Shown here one piece after another: positions 50,806 to 62,264 of a DNA stretch of 64,000 bases. The notes below the pieces were generated by a model that had not been told where the DNA came from, made no database searches, and saw nothing but the letters and a program-made list of their open reading frames with translations. Every line of letters starts with the position of its first letter. Position 1 is the stretch's first letter. A program made the translations under genes and the position numbers. The DNA comes from Auanema rhodensis (Eukaryota > Animalia > Nematoda), in the NCBI GenBank assembly GCA_964057225.1, contig OZ059897.1, positions 7,564,001 to 7,628,000 on the forward strand. Direction: 5' to 3'.

Positions 50806-51987
50806 CCTTCCTTTTGGACAGGATCTCGTAAAGGAACTCAAGCGCTACCGTCTACATCTCTTATTCAATTAAAAATCTTATCTCTCTCTTAAAGTTAGCT
50901 TATAATATTTTCTTAAAAACTCTAAAACTTTTCTATTAAAAATTATATCCAAAAACTCTTTACAAAAACTCAGTTTTCCATTCATTATATTCTCATAAAT
51001 CATTTTCAATTATTCATAAGAGTACTTATATCATTTATCATTCTCTCTATCCAAAATCCTATATACGAAAATTATTCAAATTCAATAATTAACTTTTCTA
51101 AGAATTATAAGTTTATTTTCACATTTTTGAACAAAAATAGTTGAGTTCTTTATAAAATTAATTTAGAAATAAAAAAGAATATTGCTTCTATACCTCTCAA
51201 TCTTAATCATCTTACCATATTATCTGAATCTTCATCTTATCATACTATCTTAATCATCCTATCATACCATATTTTCATTATTTTCTTTATGTTCGTTTAT
51301 AAAACTATTATTCTTATGCTACTACACTGTATTCTCATAAACCCACCCCTTCCCCCCCCCCCGTAATTTCATAAGCAAGAAATCCCGTGTTAAACACGAC
51401 AGTAAAAATATTTATTAGGCGCAGCGTATCCAAGTTCCGATTACCTTAGCACCTGAAAAAACGAAAAATAATTAAATTAATCAATAAGTTTTAACTCATA
51501 CGCAAAAACCATCCCCCCCTCGTTAAGAATAATGCCAGACACTCAAGAGACTCGAGCGGAGGCCGACACTCAGGATAAGACGTACGCCCCATGAAATAAT
51601 TAGAGAATTTTTGAATTAAAATCTGCCCCACATTGATATAAATAATAAGAGTGGTCTCGCCATCATAGAGTCAGGGAGCAGGATGCAGAAGGCAGCTGAC
51701 ATACCTGTGACTCAGATAGGTTAATGAGGTCTGGGAAAATGAAATGATTGCGAAAATTCTATTTTGTATCCTTGTCCCAAAAGACTGGCGAACTATTAAC
51801 TTTCATTTCATGCCTTTTTCACAATATAGAACTTGTCCCTTCGAAAAGGCACACTAGTTTCAAACCTGTGTTAGACCCGGACGAGCTATATTGGTAAAGA
51901 GATTACTTGCAAGACTAGCTACCTTCATAAGAATCGCGCACACAAACCCAACATTATTCTTTACGTTTTTCTATATATAAAATTATT

Positions 51988-54900
51988 TTGGCACACGTTG
52001 GATATAACAAATTTCCTTACAGGATACCAACGATGCTGCTCAATACTGGTCCAAAACCTCCGCTGGACCCTGCTGCCACTTCAAATATTATAAGAAGGAA
52101 AAGACAACCGCCCGCAACATATTCTCCCCCCTCTGCAAAACAAGCGAAGTTAAGCATTAAAACAAAGTCAATGGTAATACATACCCCAAGACATCGCGGC
52201 ATTCAAAAACAATTCACCAATCCCAAATCACATGAAAAAACGAAGAAACAAAAAACAGACATAGTCGAAAGAAACACCTTAGAAAAGAAAATTATCCCAA
52301 ACATTAAACCTATTCCTAAAAACATAGCAAGCAAAGGGAACCCTCAAAACCCCCCAACCAACACCATACCAAATACAATCAACCCAATCAATCCTTTAAT
52401 AGCCACCCCTAGAAGAAGCAATACACCAACCACACAAAAATCACCTACGCCCGCACTTTCTTCAACCACACCCGCAGTAAGCTCATCCCCACCTCTACGA
52501 AACTCACCTTCATCCATTGATCATTCTACATCCGGGCATTCTCTATCTCCGTCTCTTCCATCGCAAACTAATCAAGCAAATACTTTTGTTGCAGAAAACA
52601 AGAGAATTAACCCAAGAATGGACCCAATGGACGAAGGCGCACCACTTACGCAAACCTCGGGAAGGGCACCTGTTCCAACACCTACAATCATCCCTCAACC
52701 AGCAGCGATTCCGTCCGCCATACGCGATATAAAAGCTCCACGCTACGATGGAAAAACACCATTCAACCGCTATCTACTATACCTAGATGAACACTTCAAC
52801 GCTACAAGAACAACTATGCCCGAACGTCTTCAAAGCATACAATTATTGCTAGAAGATGATCGAGCAAGAGAAGCGTACAGAAAACTCACAACCGAAGATA
52901 AGCGACTCGGATGGGACCATGTCAAGAAGCGACTCTCAGAAATGATCACACCGAAAAAACAGAGAGAACGAGCAATGCACCGCCTACATGGCTTGAAACA
53001 ATTACCAACGGAATCGGTACAAAGCTTTGCAACAAGATGTTCTAACGAAGCCTACTCGGCTATGGACATGAACAACGAAAGTGAGCTTAACATGCTCCGA
53101 TCCACCTTCACCTGGGGACTAAGACCCGAAATAAGCGAACACGTTAGCCGTCTAGACCCACCAAACTTTGAGGAAGCTTACGAAATGGCCTTACGAGAAG
53201 AACTCTTTATACAAAATAGACCAACATCGTTTGTCAACAATATAGAGAAGTCGTTCAACAACCTCAACATTCGAGACTCAAAGGACAACAATCAATACCA
53301 GAGAAACGAATCTAAGGATTTCAAAGGAACCAAACCGATGTATAATGGCAATGGCAAACCACACAACCGATATCCGGACAGATACAACAACCAATATCGG
53401 CCTCATCAACACCAATACAGGAACCATAACTCACGATTCTCTCAAAATAAGGGATCAAGACAAAACTACTTCGACAGATCACGGAACAGAAGCCAAGAAA
53501 GACCATACTATCGAAACCGCGATCAAAACTATAGCGGACACAACAACCGGCGACAATCAAATAATCACGAACAATACCCCTCTCAATACAATCGAAGCCA
53601 ATACAACAATTATAGAAGTCGCCCGCGCAGCACCTCCAATGGACCGGAACGGTATAGAGAACGCACACAGAGCCCAGGAGTACGTTTTCAAGTCAACAAC
53701 GTCACAGAAAACGAAGTACCGAACAACAAAAGAAAATCAACACCATTCCTACCCCTCTTTATCACAATTATCGCACTCATTATAAACACATGCAGTGCAG
53801 AAACAACGTACCAGTTATGCACAGGAAACAGAGGAGGAATATATGTCGAGCCGCCATCTCCAACAGCTTGCCGATTCATCGCACCAACTAATAACCATAT
53901 CCAGAAGACTACAGCAGAATTGTTCATCCAAAACCTACAACCAAAAGAATGGGAAGCATGGAAATGTGCAATTGAAACTTACCAACTCTGCATTCACGAC
54001 GTTTTCTTCATCAGAGAAACTAATGTCTCACTAGCAAAAGTTTCACCAACAACACTGCAAGAATGTTCGTCAGCTATTAAAGAAAGAATATTCAACGGTA
54101 CCAACCTTCAAAGAGAAGCACCAGGACTCTATGGAACTCCATTCCCAGAGACAACCATTACTAATGGTATATGGAAACAGGAATGCGAACAACGTACCAG
54201 ATTCATAGCTGAACGAGGACACATGACCAGCCTACAAGACAATACAGTACTCTCAGATATATTCATAAACGACAACGGATGCACCAGTGACAAAGGACAA
54301 TGCCTAACCAACAACGCTCTCATCATATGGACCCCACCATCAGAAAAACATAGTTGCTCGTACACTTCATTAGGCTCTCACGAAGTTTTTATATCAGAAG
54401 ACACCATATTGATTCCCGGAATTCAAAGTGCTTTTATTCTAAACAATAAAACACCGGAAAAAGAAGCCTCCTCATGCTTACAAAAAGAGATATTTACTAC
54501 AAATAGCGGAACTCTAATCTCCTTCAACTCAACCTCAAGCTTAGGACGATCAAGAAGACACGCAATCACGGAATACCCTAAAGGATTCTTGACAGTTCAT
54601 CAATACCCCTCGCTAAGATATTCAGCCAGCAAAACCGGAACTATTCTACTATATACAACCTATATTCAACGGAAAAGACTTGACATCCATTACAATCTCA
54701 ATAACATAACAAATATGTTACCTAAGTATATCGCAATCTTCAAATACCTAGGTATAAATTTTGATGTTATCAAAAATCGTCTTATATGGCACAAATATGA
54801 AGACGTCAACATAGCCATTCTACACGCCCTAGGAGAAGCAGAAATAAGAGAAGCAACAAAAATCGCGATCGATAATCTATCGTATAAGGAACTTACGCAT

Positions 54901-57900
54901 AAACTTAGCAAACGGATCACAATTAAGGATTTTAAGAAGATACTACCAACCAAAACAGGAGACTACTATGAAATCGCGAAAGAAATTGCTTACTCACTTG
55001 CGGAAATACCAACTACGTTAGCTACAGGAGAAACAACACCATCTTTAGAAGAATACTTATATCAACTCATGCCACCAAGAAAACCAAGACTCACCAAGAC
55101 ACGAAACGATTTAGAACTGTACGAACAACTAGCACAAGCAAAAATTATCCTGAACGCAATAAATAATCCGAAAAAGCTACATTCAAAAGAAGAATACGAA
55201 GCAGAAATGAAGAAATGGATCAAATATGAAAAAGAACTGAACTTACCACCATTACAACTGCCAAACTACACAGTTATCTTCGATGGCGACGATATATTCT
55301 ACGGCTTCCGGAAAAGAAATCCTACAAATTATAGCATTACACAAGAGGATAGTGAAAAATTTTATAATCATTATCTACCCCTTATCAGTACTCCCGGAAC
55401 ACGACCTTTTGCAACCACAATTAGAAGCACTTCGACCCCCCTACAAACTACTACTACAACCACTACCACGACCCCTAAGCCTACAACCATAAGGAACGTC
55501 ATCACTTCGACAATCACACCCAAAACACATATATCCACAACAACTAGACCCAAACCAACAATACCCACGTCTTCATCAACTACTACTACTACTACCACTA
55601 CTACTACTACTACTTCTACTACTGCTAGACCCAGATCAACAACAACCACAACACCTACAACAACCACAACTATATTCACCACTCATCGACCAACACAATC
55701 ATTCTCCACCCCCCAATCTACATTCAATATTACTACAAACCCAATCACAATCACCTCAAGCCAGGAATACAATAGGAAAGAATCACTCACCAAGTCACCG
55801 CCTCCAAGAACTACAAAAAGATCTATCACTACCACTCGCAGCACACCTGAAGAAATATCATCACATATTGGTAAGAAAGCTCACGTAGACTACCTTAAAG
55901 CTAAGAACGATATCGTCCAAAAATGGAATGAACATCTTCATCAACAAGAAACGCAATCTCATCTACAATATGCCACTACCAATCTGGAAGATGATATCAT
56001 ACGTACGTTCACAACAAACAGAAACAACATCTGCCACGTACAAAATAAACAACTACTTACCTGGTGGGCTATTCTTCAAATAAATCCTACTATAGGGATG
56101 CGTACAATGCTACGACGACAGGATATATCTGCAAGATTCATAAATGATAAACTAATTTATGTAATGCCATGCACACCAATTCAAATTACAAAAACATACC
56201 GCGATCACAAAGTCAACAGCACGTGTTTTCTGGAAACCCCAGTCGAAACGGAACATCACGGCCAACTGTTCATCCTACCAGGTACAAGAGACCTCACACC
56301 GATGGCACATGCCATACCATGCGGATTCACAATCAAGGATCCCTGGAAAGAAAACGATCAATGGACTAATAATAACCAATCAATAAATGTAACATCACCA
56401 GCATACATCGACGAGTTAGGATCAATCAACCTAGAACATATCAAGTTTAATGGAAGCAACATTTTCAACAATCTAACAGAATCAACGTTTCCTATGGCAC
56501 TAGCAATATCATATGGATCCAGCTTAGCAACGCTACAAGCTACTTTACCAGGAAGAATAAAACCTATAATCAAACAAAGATTAATTCCTAACATGAACCC
56601 TGTTACCCTAACAGCAGGAGCAGCCAGCAGCTTACTACTCAGCTACGAACATACAAAAGAAGCTATAACCTGGAAAATGTTTGACTTTCTGTCACCAATA
56701 TGGGAAAAGATTCAAACCTGGACACTACGCGTACTTGCTATCATTGGATCAATCATCATAACAATTGGCATAATCACACTCGCCACCTGGATAATAAAAA
56801 TATACGCATGTAGTTCAAGGATACCCATCAACAATGTCAAATGGGAAGCAGAATACTTACAACCACTATCAACTGAAGACACAAGAACAGAAACATCTCA
56901 TCCTTCTCCGTCCGCTCCATACGTCGACAACCATCACAACAGCTGTCAACTCACATTGTATGATCCTTCAGCACCAATTCCTGAACACATTTATGAAGCT
57001 TATTTCCCTACAAGCATGAAGAAAGAAAACATAAACTACATAGGAGGATCACAATTACCGTTTGTCCCGATTTCAATCCACAATCACATCTTTAAGGCAC
57101 TATGGGACACGGGAGCATCAGCATCATACATGCGAGAATCCACCTTCAAACAACTGCCCGCTGCAACGATGGTACTAAAACAAACAACAGCGATAGTCGC
57201 GAATAAATCTAAATTCTCATTTATGGGATACACAAGGATCCTCATAACAATAGGAACAACAGAAACAGAACACAAATTTTATGTAGCAGAAGATAACTAC
57301 TGTCCAGCACCAGTGTTACTTGGAATAGACTTCATGGAAGCATTACATCAACAAGGAATTTACACCTCACTTCGACCGCTGGATAAAACAATTGTTATCG
57401 GCACAACACATGTTCCACTAGCACGAGAAACATCTCCGTGGGAACACCAGACCACGAAAGCATATGTGGTTAGCTTAGAAAACAAAACGCTAAGACCAGG
57501 AGAAACAAGAACGCTCACGCTAGAAGTACACGATCCAGAAAGCTATGAACAGGCGTTTCTAGATTGTAAGAAACCAGGCAACAAACTCTCTTTCACGCCT
57601 ACTATATTTACGCCAACTGGATACGGAGTACAAATTTACGCGACGAACATATGCAAACAGCCACTCGAAATTCAAATGAATCAAGAAATAGGGATAGCAG
57701 AAGCGATACCAAAGGACAACCAAGAAAAATACGAAGGACAATACATACCTCCAGAAGCTCGATGGGAAGAACAACTGCCATATTTCCCAGACAATTTCAT
57801 CAATGAGCTTGACCTTTCAGAAGCCTGCTTCTCACAAATCGAACAACAGCAACTGAAAGAAATAATTTTACTACATAAACAAGCGTTTCTCAACGAAGAT

Positions 57901-60900
57901 AGAAATATCGGACTCTTCCTAGGACCAATTGAACACTCCATTCCAATCATGCCAGGAAAAACACCATCATTCAAAATTACTTATCGTATACCACTCTCCC
58001 AACAAGAAGAAGTGGAGAAACAAATAGAAGAAATGCTACAACAAAGAATCATTGAACCATCAAACTCAATGACAACTAGTCCAGTAATTTTGGTGAAGAA
58101 GAAAGACAAAACTTACAGATTTGTAACGGACTTTCGAGCTTTGAATGCAATCACTCAGAAACAAGTATATGTTATATCAAACATACAGGACATCCTAGAT
58201 TTGGCCGCTGGAGCAAGGATCTTCAGCAACTTTGATTTAGTATCTGGATTTTTCCAAATACCTCTTAAGAAAGAAGATCGTCATCTTACAGCTTTCACAA
58301 CAACAAGTGGAACTTATCAATATTGTCGAATGCCGATGGGATTATGTGGATCACCCCATACTTTTCAAAACGCAGTACGATACCTGCAATCAATGGTTAA
58401 ATGCAAGCTATTCGTATATCTAGATGATTTACTGTTAATCTCTGAATCTACGACAGCACATTTAAAAGATATTGAAGAAGTTTTGGAAGCAGTAACTCAA
58501 ATAGGATTCAAAATAAAACTGAAGAAATGCGCATTCGCAAGAAAGGAAGTAAAATTTCTAGGATACATAGTTGGACAAGAAGGAATTAAACCGGACCCAC
58601 ATAAAATTAAGGCAATACAAGATTATCCCCAACCAAAATCAACAACAGGAGTAAGAGCTTTCATGGGAGTAGTAAACTACTTCAGAAGGTTCATAAAGAA
58701 CGCTGCAGGAATAGCAACACCACTCTACAACCTCACTCGGAAAGACACTCCATTCAAATGGACAGAAGAAGAAGAAATTGCTTTTAATACTTTGAAGAAA
58801 ACATTGACTCAAGCACCTGTGTTACAAGCACCAATCCCGAAGCGACCATATGTTATTGAAAGTGATGGAAGTATGATAGCAGTTGGCGCTGTACTACTTC
58901 AAGCGAAAGACGATCAAGAACCATTACATCCAATAGCTTTTGCTAGTCGGAAACTCAACAAAGCTGAAAGGAATTATCCACCAATAGAAGTAGAAGCATT
59001 AGCTCTTACATTCGCCGTCAAACAATTTCGCACCTACATACTAGGAACAGCAACCAAAATTATCACGGACCATAGACCACTCACTAGTTTAATGACTAGA
59101 AAGGATTTAATAGGTCGTTTAGCAAAATTTCAAATTGTTTTACAAGAATACGATATTGAAATTATCTACAGACCAGGAAAATTAAACAGTGTATGTGACG
59201 CATTATCACGATATTTTGAAGATGAAATCAACGAAGCAAAACCACCAGCAAAGAAGAAAAACGAAAGAAAAACGACGGAAGATACTATTCATCAGATAAA
59301 CACCTTCACGATAGCAGATATTCGATCAGTTCAGAATCAATCAAATTGGATAAAAGAAACTATGGATAAAATAAAGAACAATACAGCTGGACGACAACTG
59401 ACGGACAGATATATTGTGTACAACGATGTACTATACTCAAAACCAAAAAGAAGCCTACAAGTACCACGAACAATTTTACCACGAGAAGAACACATAATTA
59501 ATCCAATTATGAAGAAATTTCATGAAGATCCGACACTCGGAGCTCATCTAGGAATAAACAAAACAATGGACTCAATATCAAGACGATTTACATGGACTGG
59601 AATGCAAGAAGACATTACAAACTACATCAACAGATGTCTTGCTTGTGCAAAAAGAAAGAACAATCCTCACGAAGCAACGGTGGAACCAATGAAAAATTTT
59701 CCAACATCAACAAAACCATGGCAAAGAGTACACATGGATATACTCGGACCATTACCTAGGACAGAACAAGAAAACAGATATGTTCTTTCAATTCAAGATT
59801 CTTTTTCAAAATGGATAATCGCAATTCCGCTAATCAGACAAACATCAGAAGAAATTATATCAGCTATCGAAAAATACCTCTTCTATGTTTTTGGACCACC
59901 TGTCACTATCATCACAGACAATGGATCTAATTTTATTTCAAACGATTTCACCACTATGTGCAGTAATTTTGGAACTACACACCACACTACTATGCCGTAT
60001 TACAAAAACGCTAACGGACAAGTAGAAAGATTACATCGGACGATCGAAGAAGCATTAACAGCCTACGTTAATGACGAACAAAACGATTGGGATAAGATAC
60101 TTCCGAAGATTATTTTTACACTCAACAGATTACCAAACGCCACCACTAAAACATCACCATACGAATGTTTGTTTGGACAAGTAGCACGTCTACCCATTGA
60201 CAAAAACTTGGAAACACCGGAAGAACAAAATACCACGGATCAGCTCAAAAACTTAAGAGATATTCAAGAAAAAGTCAAGGAAAAGATTGCCACCAATGAA
60301 GAAAGAATGAAGCAGAAATACGATCAAGCACATAGGACAAAAGAAAGAATATTAGATATAGGAGATCGAGTATTTGTACAAAGAGCGAACCCAAGCAACA
60401 AATTACAAATACGAAGAGATGGACCTTACCGGATAGTGACAATTGAAGGAAACAACATCAGCATAACGGACCAAGATGGAAATATTATAAAAGCTCACAA
60501 AAATAACATACGTTATTTTCCACCAGACGATAATCTTATATCAACAAGAAATAATGAAGAAGAGGAAGAAGAGGACCAAGACATAGCAAACGAAGAAGAA
60601 GAAGAAGAAGAAGCAAGTTGGAATAATCTGGATGAATGGGAACAAACCAATAATACGGAAAATAACAACAACTGTTACCCAACAGGCAGTCCAGATACTC
60701 TCGCGCAACTGTTACCTATCACAGGGAATAACAGAGGAGTAAACGAAGAAGAAATTGAACATAACTCAGAAACACCTGACGACCTTGCTACAGCAAGAAG
60801 AATAACAAATTCTAATATACAATTAGAAGATGAATCAACAACAATCGACAGAATTCAAGAGGACCTCAGACAGCTGACACCTTTCTCTCAAGAAGAAGGT

Positions 60901-61233
60901 CCTAATCAAAACGATATAGAAGATAATAACGCAAAAACATACGAAAAGCTACGAGATCAATTCAAGAATGAAAACAGAAAGGAGCTATTTGAGGACAGAA
61001 ACAAAAACTCACCAGCAATCAAAAATTGGAACACTACACTTGCCGCAGCACTAGGAATAGGAAATGAAAACTCACGCCCGTATCATGTTAAACTACAACC
61101 CAAAAGAAAAACACAAGACGAAGAAATCAGAAGTAATGGAGAATTGGAACTACATGGAAAAGCGGATCAAAGCAAAAAGCAGCAGAATAAATCTCCAACG
61201 CAAAACAAAGGAGAACAAGTACGAAACTTTTAA
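51988..61233 (+). CDS. E3 Gag-Env-Pol polyprotein (3081 aa from TTG; first ATG at 52033)
   Basis: Colinear with E1: capsid (PRYDGKTPF), N/R/Q/Y-rich region, signal peptide, env, TM, protease LWDTGA (~57106), RT YLDD (~58417), RNase H, integrase HHCC/DDE/GPY, long acidic tail. Confidence 0.95.
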   Translation: MAHVGYNKFPYRIPTMLLNTGPKPPLDPAATSNIIRRKRQPPATYSPPSAKQAKLSIKTKSMVIHTPRHRGIQKQFTNPKSHEKTKKQKTDIVERNTLEKKIIPNIKPIPKNIASKGNPQNPPTNTIPNTINPINPLIATPRRSNTPTTQKSPTPALSSTTPAVSSSPPLRNSPSSIDHSTSGHSLSPSLPSQTNQANTFVAENKRINPRMDPMDEGAPLTQTSGRAPVPTPTIIPQPAAIPSAIRDIKAPRYDGKTPFNRYLLYLDEHFNATRTTMPERLQSIQLLLEDDRAREAYRKLTTEDKRLGWDHVKKRLSEMITPKKQRERAMHRLHGLKQLPTESVQSFATRCSNEAYSAMDMNNESELNMLRSTFTWGLRPEISEHVSRLDPPNFEEAYEMALREELFIQNRPTSFVNNIEKSFNNLNIRDSKDNNQYQRNESKDFKGTKPMYNGNGKPHNRYPDRYNNQYRPHQHQYRNHNSRFSQNKGSRQNYFDRSRNRSQERPYYRNRDQNYSGHNNRRQSNNHEQYPSQYNRSQYNNYRSRPRSTSNGPERYRERTQSPGVRFQVNNVTENEVPNNKRKSTPFLPLFITIIALIINTCSAETTYQLCTGNRGGIYVEPPSPTACRFIAPTNNHIQKTTAELFIQNLQPKEWEAWKCAIETYQLCIHDVFFIRETNVSLAKVSPTTLQECSSAIKERIFNGTNLQREAPGLYGTPFPETTITNGIWKQECEQRTRFIAERGHMTSLQDNTVLSDIFINDNGCTSDKGQCLTNNALIIWTPPSEKHSCSYTSLGSHEVFISEDTILIPGIQSAFILNNKTPEKEASSCLQKEIFTTNSGTLISFNSTSSLGRSRRHAITEYPKGFLTVHQYPSLRYSASKTGTILLYTTYIQRKRLDIHYNLNNITNMLPKYIAIFKYLGINFDVIKNRLIWHKYEDVNIAILHALGEAEIREATKIAIDNLSYKELTHKLSKRITIKDFKKILPTKTGDYYEIAKEIAYSLAEIPTTLATGETTPSLEEYLYQLMPPRKPRLTKTRNDLELYEQLAQAKIILNAINNPKKLHSKEEYEAEMKKWIKYEKELNLPPLQLPNYTVIFDGDDIFYGFRKRNPTNYSITQEDSEKFYNHYLPLISTPGTRPFATTIRSTSTPLQTTTTTTTTTPKPTTIRNVITSTITPKTHISTTTRPKPTIPTSSSTTTTTTTTTTTTSTTARPRSTTTTTPTTTTTIFTTHRPTQSFSTPQSTFNITTNPITITSSQEYNRKESLTKSPPPRTTKRSITTTRSTPEEISSHIGKKAHVDYLKAKNDIVQKWNEHLHQQETQSHLQYATTNLEDDIIRTFTTNRNNICHVQNKQLLTWWAILQINPTIGMRTMLRRQDISARFINDKLIYVMPCTPIQITKTYRDHKVNSTCFLETPVETEHHGQLFILPGTRDLTPMAHAIPCGFTIKDPWKENDQWTNNNQSINVTSPAYIDELGSINLEHIKFNGSNIFNNLTESTFPMALAISYGSSLATLQATLPGRIKPIIKQRLIPNMNPVTLTAGAASSLLLSYEHTKEAITWKMFDFLSPIWEKIQTWTLRVLAIIGSIIITIGIITLATWIIKIYACSSRIPINNVKWEAEYLQPLSTEDTRTETSHPSPSAPYVDNHHNSCQLTLYDPSAPIPEHIYEAYFPTSMKKENINYIGGSQLPFVPISIHNHIFKALWDTGASASYMRESTFKQLPAATMVLKQTTAIVANKSKFSFMGYTRILITIGTTETEHKFYVAEDNYCPAPVLLGIDFMEALHQQGIYTSLRPLDKTIVIGTTHVPLARETSPWEHQTTKAYVVSLENKTLRPGETRTLTLEVHDPESYEQAFLDCKKPGNKLSFTPTIFTPTGYGVQIYATNICKQPLEIQMNQEIGIAEAIPKDNQEKYEGQYIPPEARWEEQLPYFPDNFINELDLSEACFSQIEQQQLKEIILLHKQAFLNEDRNIGLFLGPIEHSIPIMPGKTPSFKITYRIPLSQQEEVEKQIEEMLQQRIIEPSNSMTTSPVILVKKKDKTYRFVTDFRALNAITQKQVYVISNIQDILDLAAGARIFSNFDLVSGFFQIPLKKEDRHLTAFTTTSGTYQYCRMPMGLCGSPHTFQNAVRYLQSMVKCKLFVYLDDLLLISESTTAHLKDIEEVLEAVTQIGFKIKLKKCAFARKEVKFLGYIVGQEGIKPDPHKIKAIQDYPQPKSTTGVRAFMGVVNYFRRFIKNAAGIATPLYNLTRKDTPFKWTEEEEIAFNTLKKTLTQAPVLQAPIPKRPYVIESDGSMIAVGAVLLQAKDDQEPLHPIAFASRKLNKAERNYPPIEVEALALTFAVKQFRTYILGTATKIITDHRPLTSLMTRKDLIGRLAKFQIVLQEYDIEIIYRPGKLNSVCDALSRYFEDEINEAKPPAKKKNERKTTEDTIHQINTFTIADIRSVQNQSNWIKETMDKIKNNTAGRQLTDRYIVYNDVLYSKPKRSLQVPRTILPREEHIINPIMKKFHEDPTLGAHLGINKTMDSISRRFTWTGMQEDITNYINRCLACAKRKNNPHEATVEPMKNFPTSTKPWQRVHMDILGPLPRTEQENRYVLSIQDSFSKWIIAIPLIRQTSEEIISAIEKYLFYVFGPPVTIITDNGSNFISNDFTTMCSNFGTTHHTTMPYYKNANGQVERLHRTIEEALTAYVNDEQNDWDKILPKIIFTLNRLPNATTKTSPYECLFGQVARLPIDKNLETPEEQNTTDQLKNLRDIQEKVKEKIATNEERMKQKYDQAHRTKERILDIGDRVFVQRANPSNKLQIRRDGPYRIVTIEGNNISITDQDGNIIKAHKNNIRYFPPDDNLISTRNNEEEEEEDQDIANEEEEEEEASWNNLDEWEQTNNTENNNNCYPTGSPDTLAQLLPITGNNRGVNEEEIEHNSETPDDLATARRITNSNIQLEDESTTIDRIQEDLRQLTPFSQEEGPNQNDIEDNNAKTYEKLRDQFKNENRKELFEDRNKNSPAIKNWNTTLAAALGIGNENSRPYHVKLQPKRKTQDEEIRSNGELELHGKADQSKKQQNKSPTQNKGEQVRNF
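53746..56810 (+). other. env: E3 envelope glycoprotein region (gB-like class III)
   Basis: Signal FLPLFITIIALIINTCSA; Cys pattern conserved with E1; RSRR furin site (54547-54558); Thr-rich mucin (~55410-55740); CHVQNKQLLTWWAILQINPTIGMRTML..ISARF..PC and CFLETPV; TM ~56725-56805. Confidence 0.8.
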
Positions 61234-61436
61234 TTAACTAACAAAAATCGTAGAATTGTAAAAATAATTTTTCTTTCTTTCGTATAGTACATTAAACATA
61301 AGACATAGATCAAAAACCACCGAAATTCTAATTTCTATCCTTTAATTTTAACAAATTGTAACAATCACTGAAAAACAAACTATATAAAGAGAAAATTTTG
61401 ATAGAGAAAAATTCAATAACACTTTTCTTACTCAAA

Positions 61437-61985
61437 ATGACCTCCTCTCTCGCCAACGTCACACTCTCTACATTCCTCGCAACTCCAACACCACTGGTCC
61501 CTCTAGCGACCACTATTGAACAAGAATGGATAGAGGTAGAAAACCTTCGTGAAGGTCTTCTACCTATCAACTGCATGAAGCCCAACTTAGGACCAATAAT
61601 AAGCCTCCAAACGAGCAAATTGGAAAAGAAGACACAGCACATCCTATTTATGATGGAACTATTGGAGGAGAAAACCAAAAACTATAAGGAAAACGATCTG
61701 AAGGAGCTTCGCCAGCATCAAAAGAAATGGACAGAAGGATGTTCTCTCAGCCAGAAAGAGAACAGAATCCGACACATAATGCTGGGACAACCCGCCAGAA
61801 CGCAGACCACAGCTGACATCTATAAAGCAATGCCGACATGGACAACACAGATGACACAACAAGCTGTAGGAAATAGCGGAACCGAAGAAGAAGCATCGTG
61901 GATAGAGATAGGGCAAGACCTATCAGTAGTAATCAAAAAAACTACTGACAAAAAGGACTACCAACATGTCCGCATCAAAAAGTAA
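61437..61985 (+). CDS. E3 accessory ORF2 (182 aa from ATG), unknown function
   Basis: AAAATG context; coding-like composition between two AT-rich tracts; lies inside the element between pol and the 3' LTR; no family recognised. Confidence 0.6.
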   Translation: MTSSLANVTLSTFLATPTPLVPLATTIEQEWIEVENLREGLLPINCMKPNLGPIISLQTSKLEKKTQHILFMMELLEEKTKNYKENDLKELRQHQKKWTEGCSLSQKENRIRHIMLGQPARTQTTADIYKAMPTWTTQMTQQAVGNSGTEEEASWIEIGQDLSVVIKKTTDKKDYQHVRIKK

Positions 61986-62264
61986 GGCAAAAGCAGTTAG
62001 CCAAACCATCAGAACAATGGAGCTGCTTGGACTAGCATCAATGACGGAAATGATCCAGGAAATTGACCAACTGGCGGATTAAAGAAGAGAGGAAAGGTTT
62101 AAATCATTTATAAAATTCTATCTCTTAAAAATTTTTCTCTTTATCAATAATTTGTTGAAAAATTTGCTTTATCTCATGCCATTTTTTTTTAATTTTTATT
62201 TTTCTCTCTTAATTATTATTTGCATATAACAGCTGAGGTCAGCTGACTTGTATCCGTTGGGGCA

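Noticed and set aside
61328-61916. Minus-strand ORFs 61328-61678 and 61659-61916
   Set aside because: Antisense shadows of ORF2 without independent support.
62081-62097. Purine run AAAGAAGAGAGGAAAGG as the E3 PPT
   Set aside because: Lies ~170 nt upstream of the LTR; the LTR-adjacent GGGG-CA matches the E1/E2 junction pattern, although it is short.
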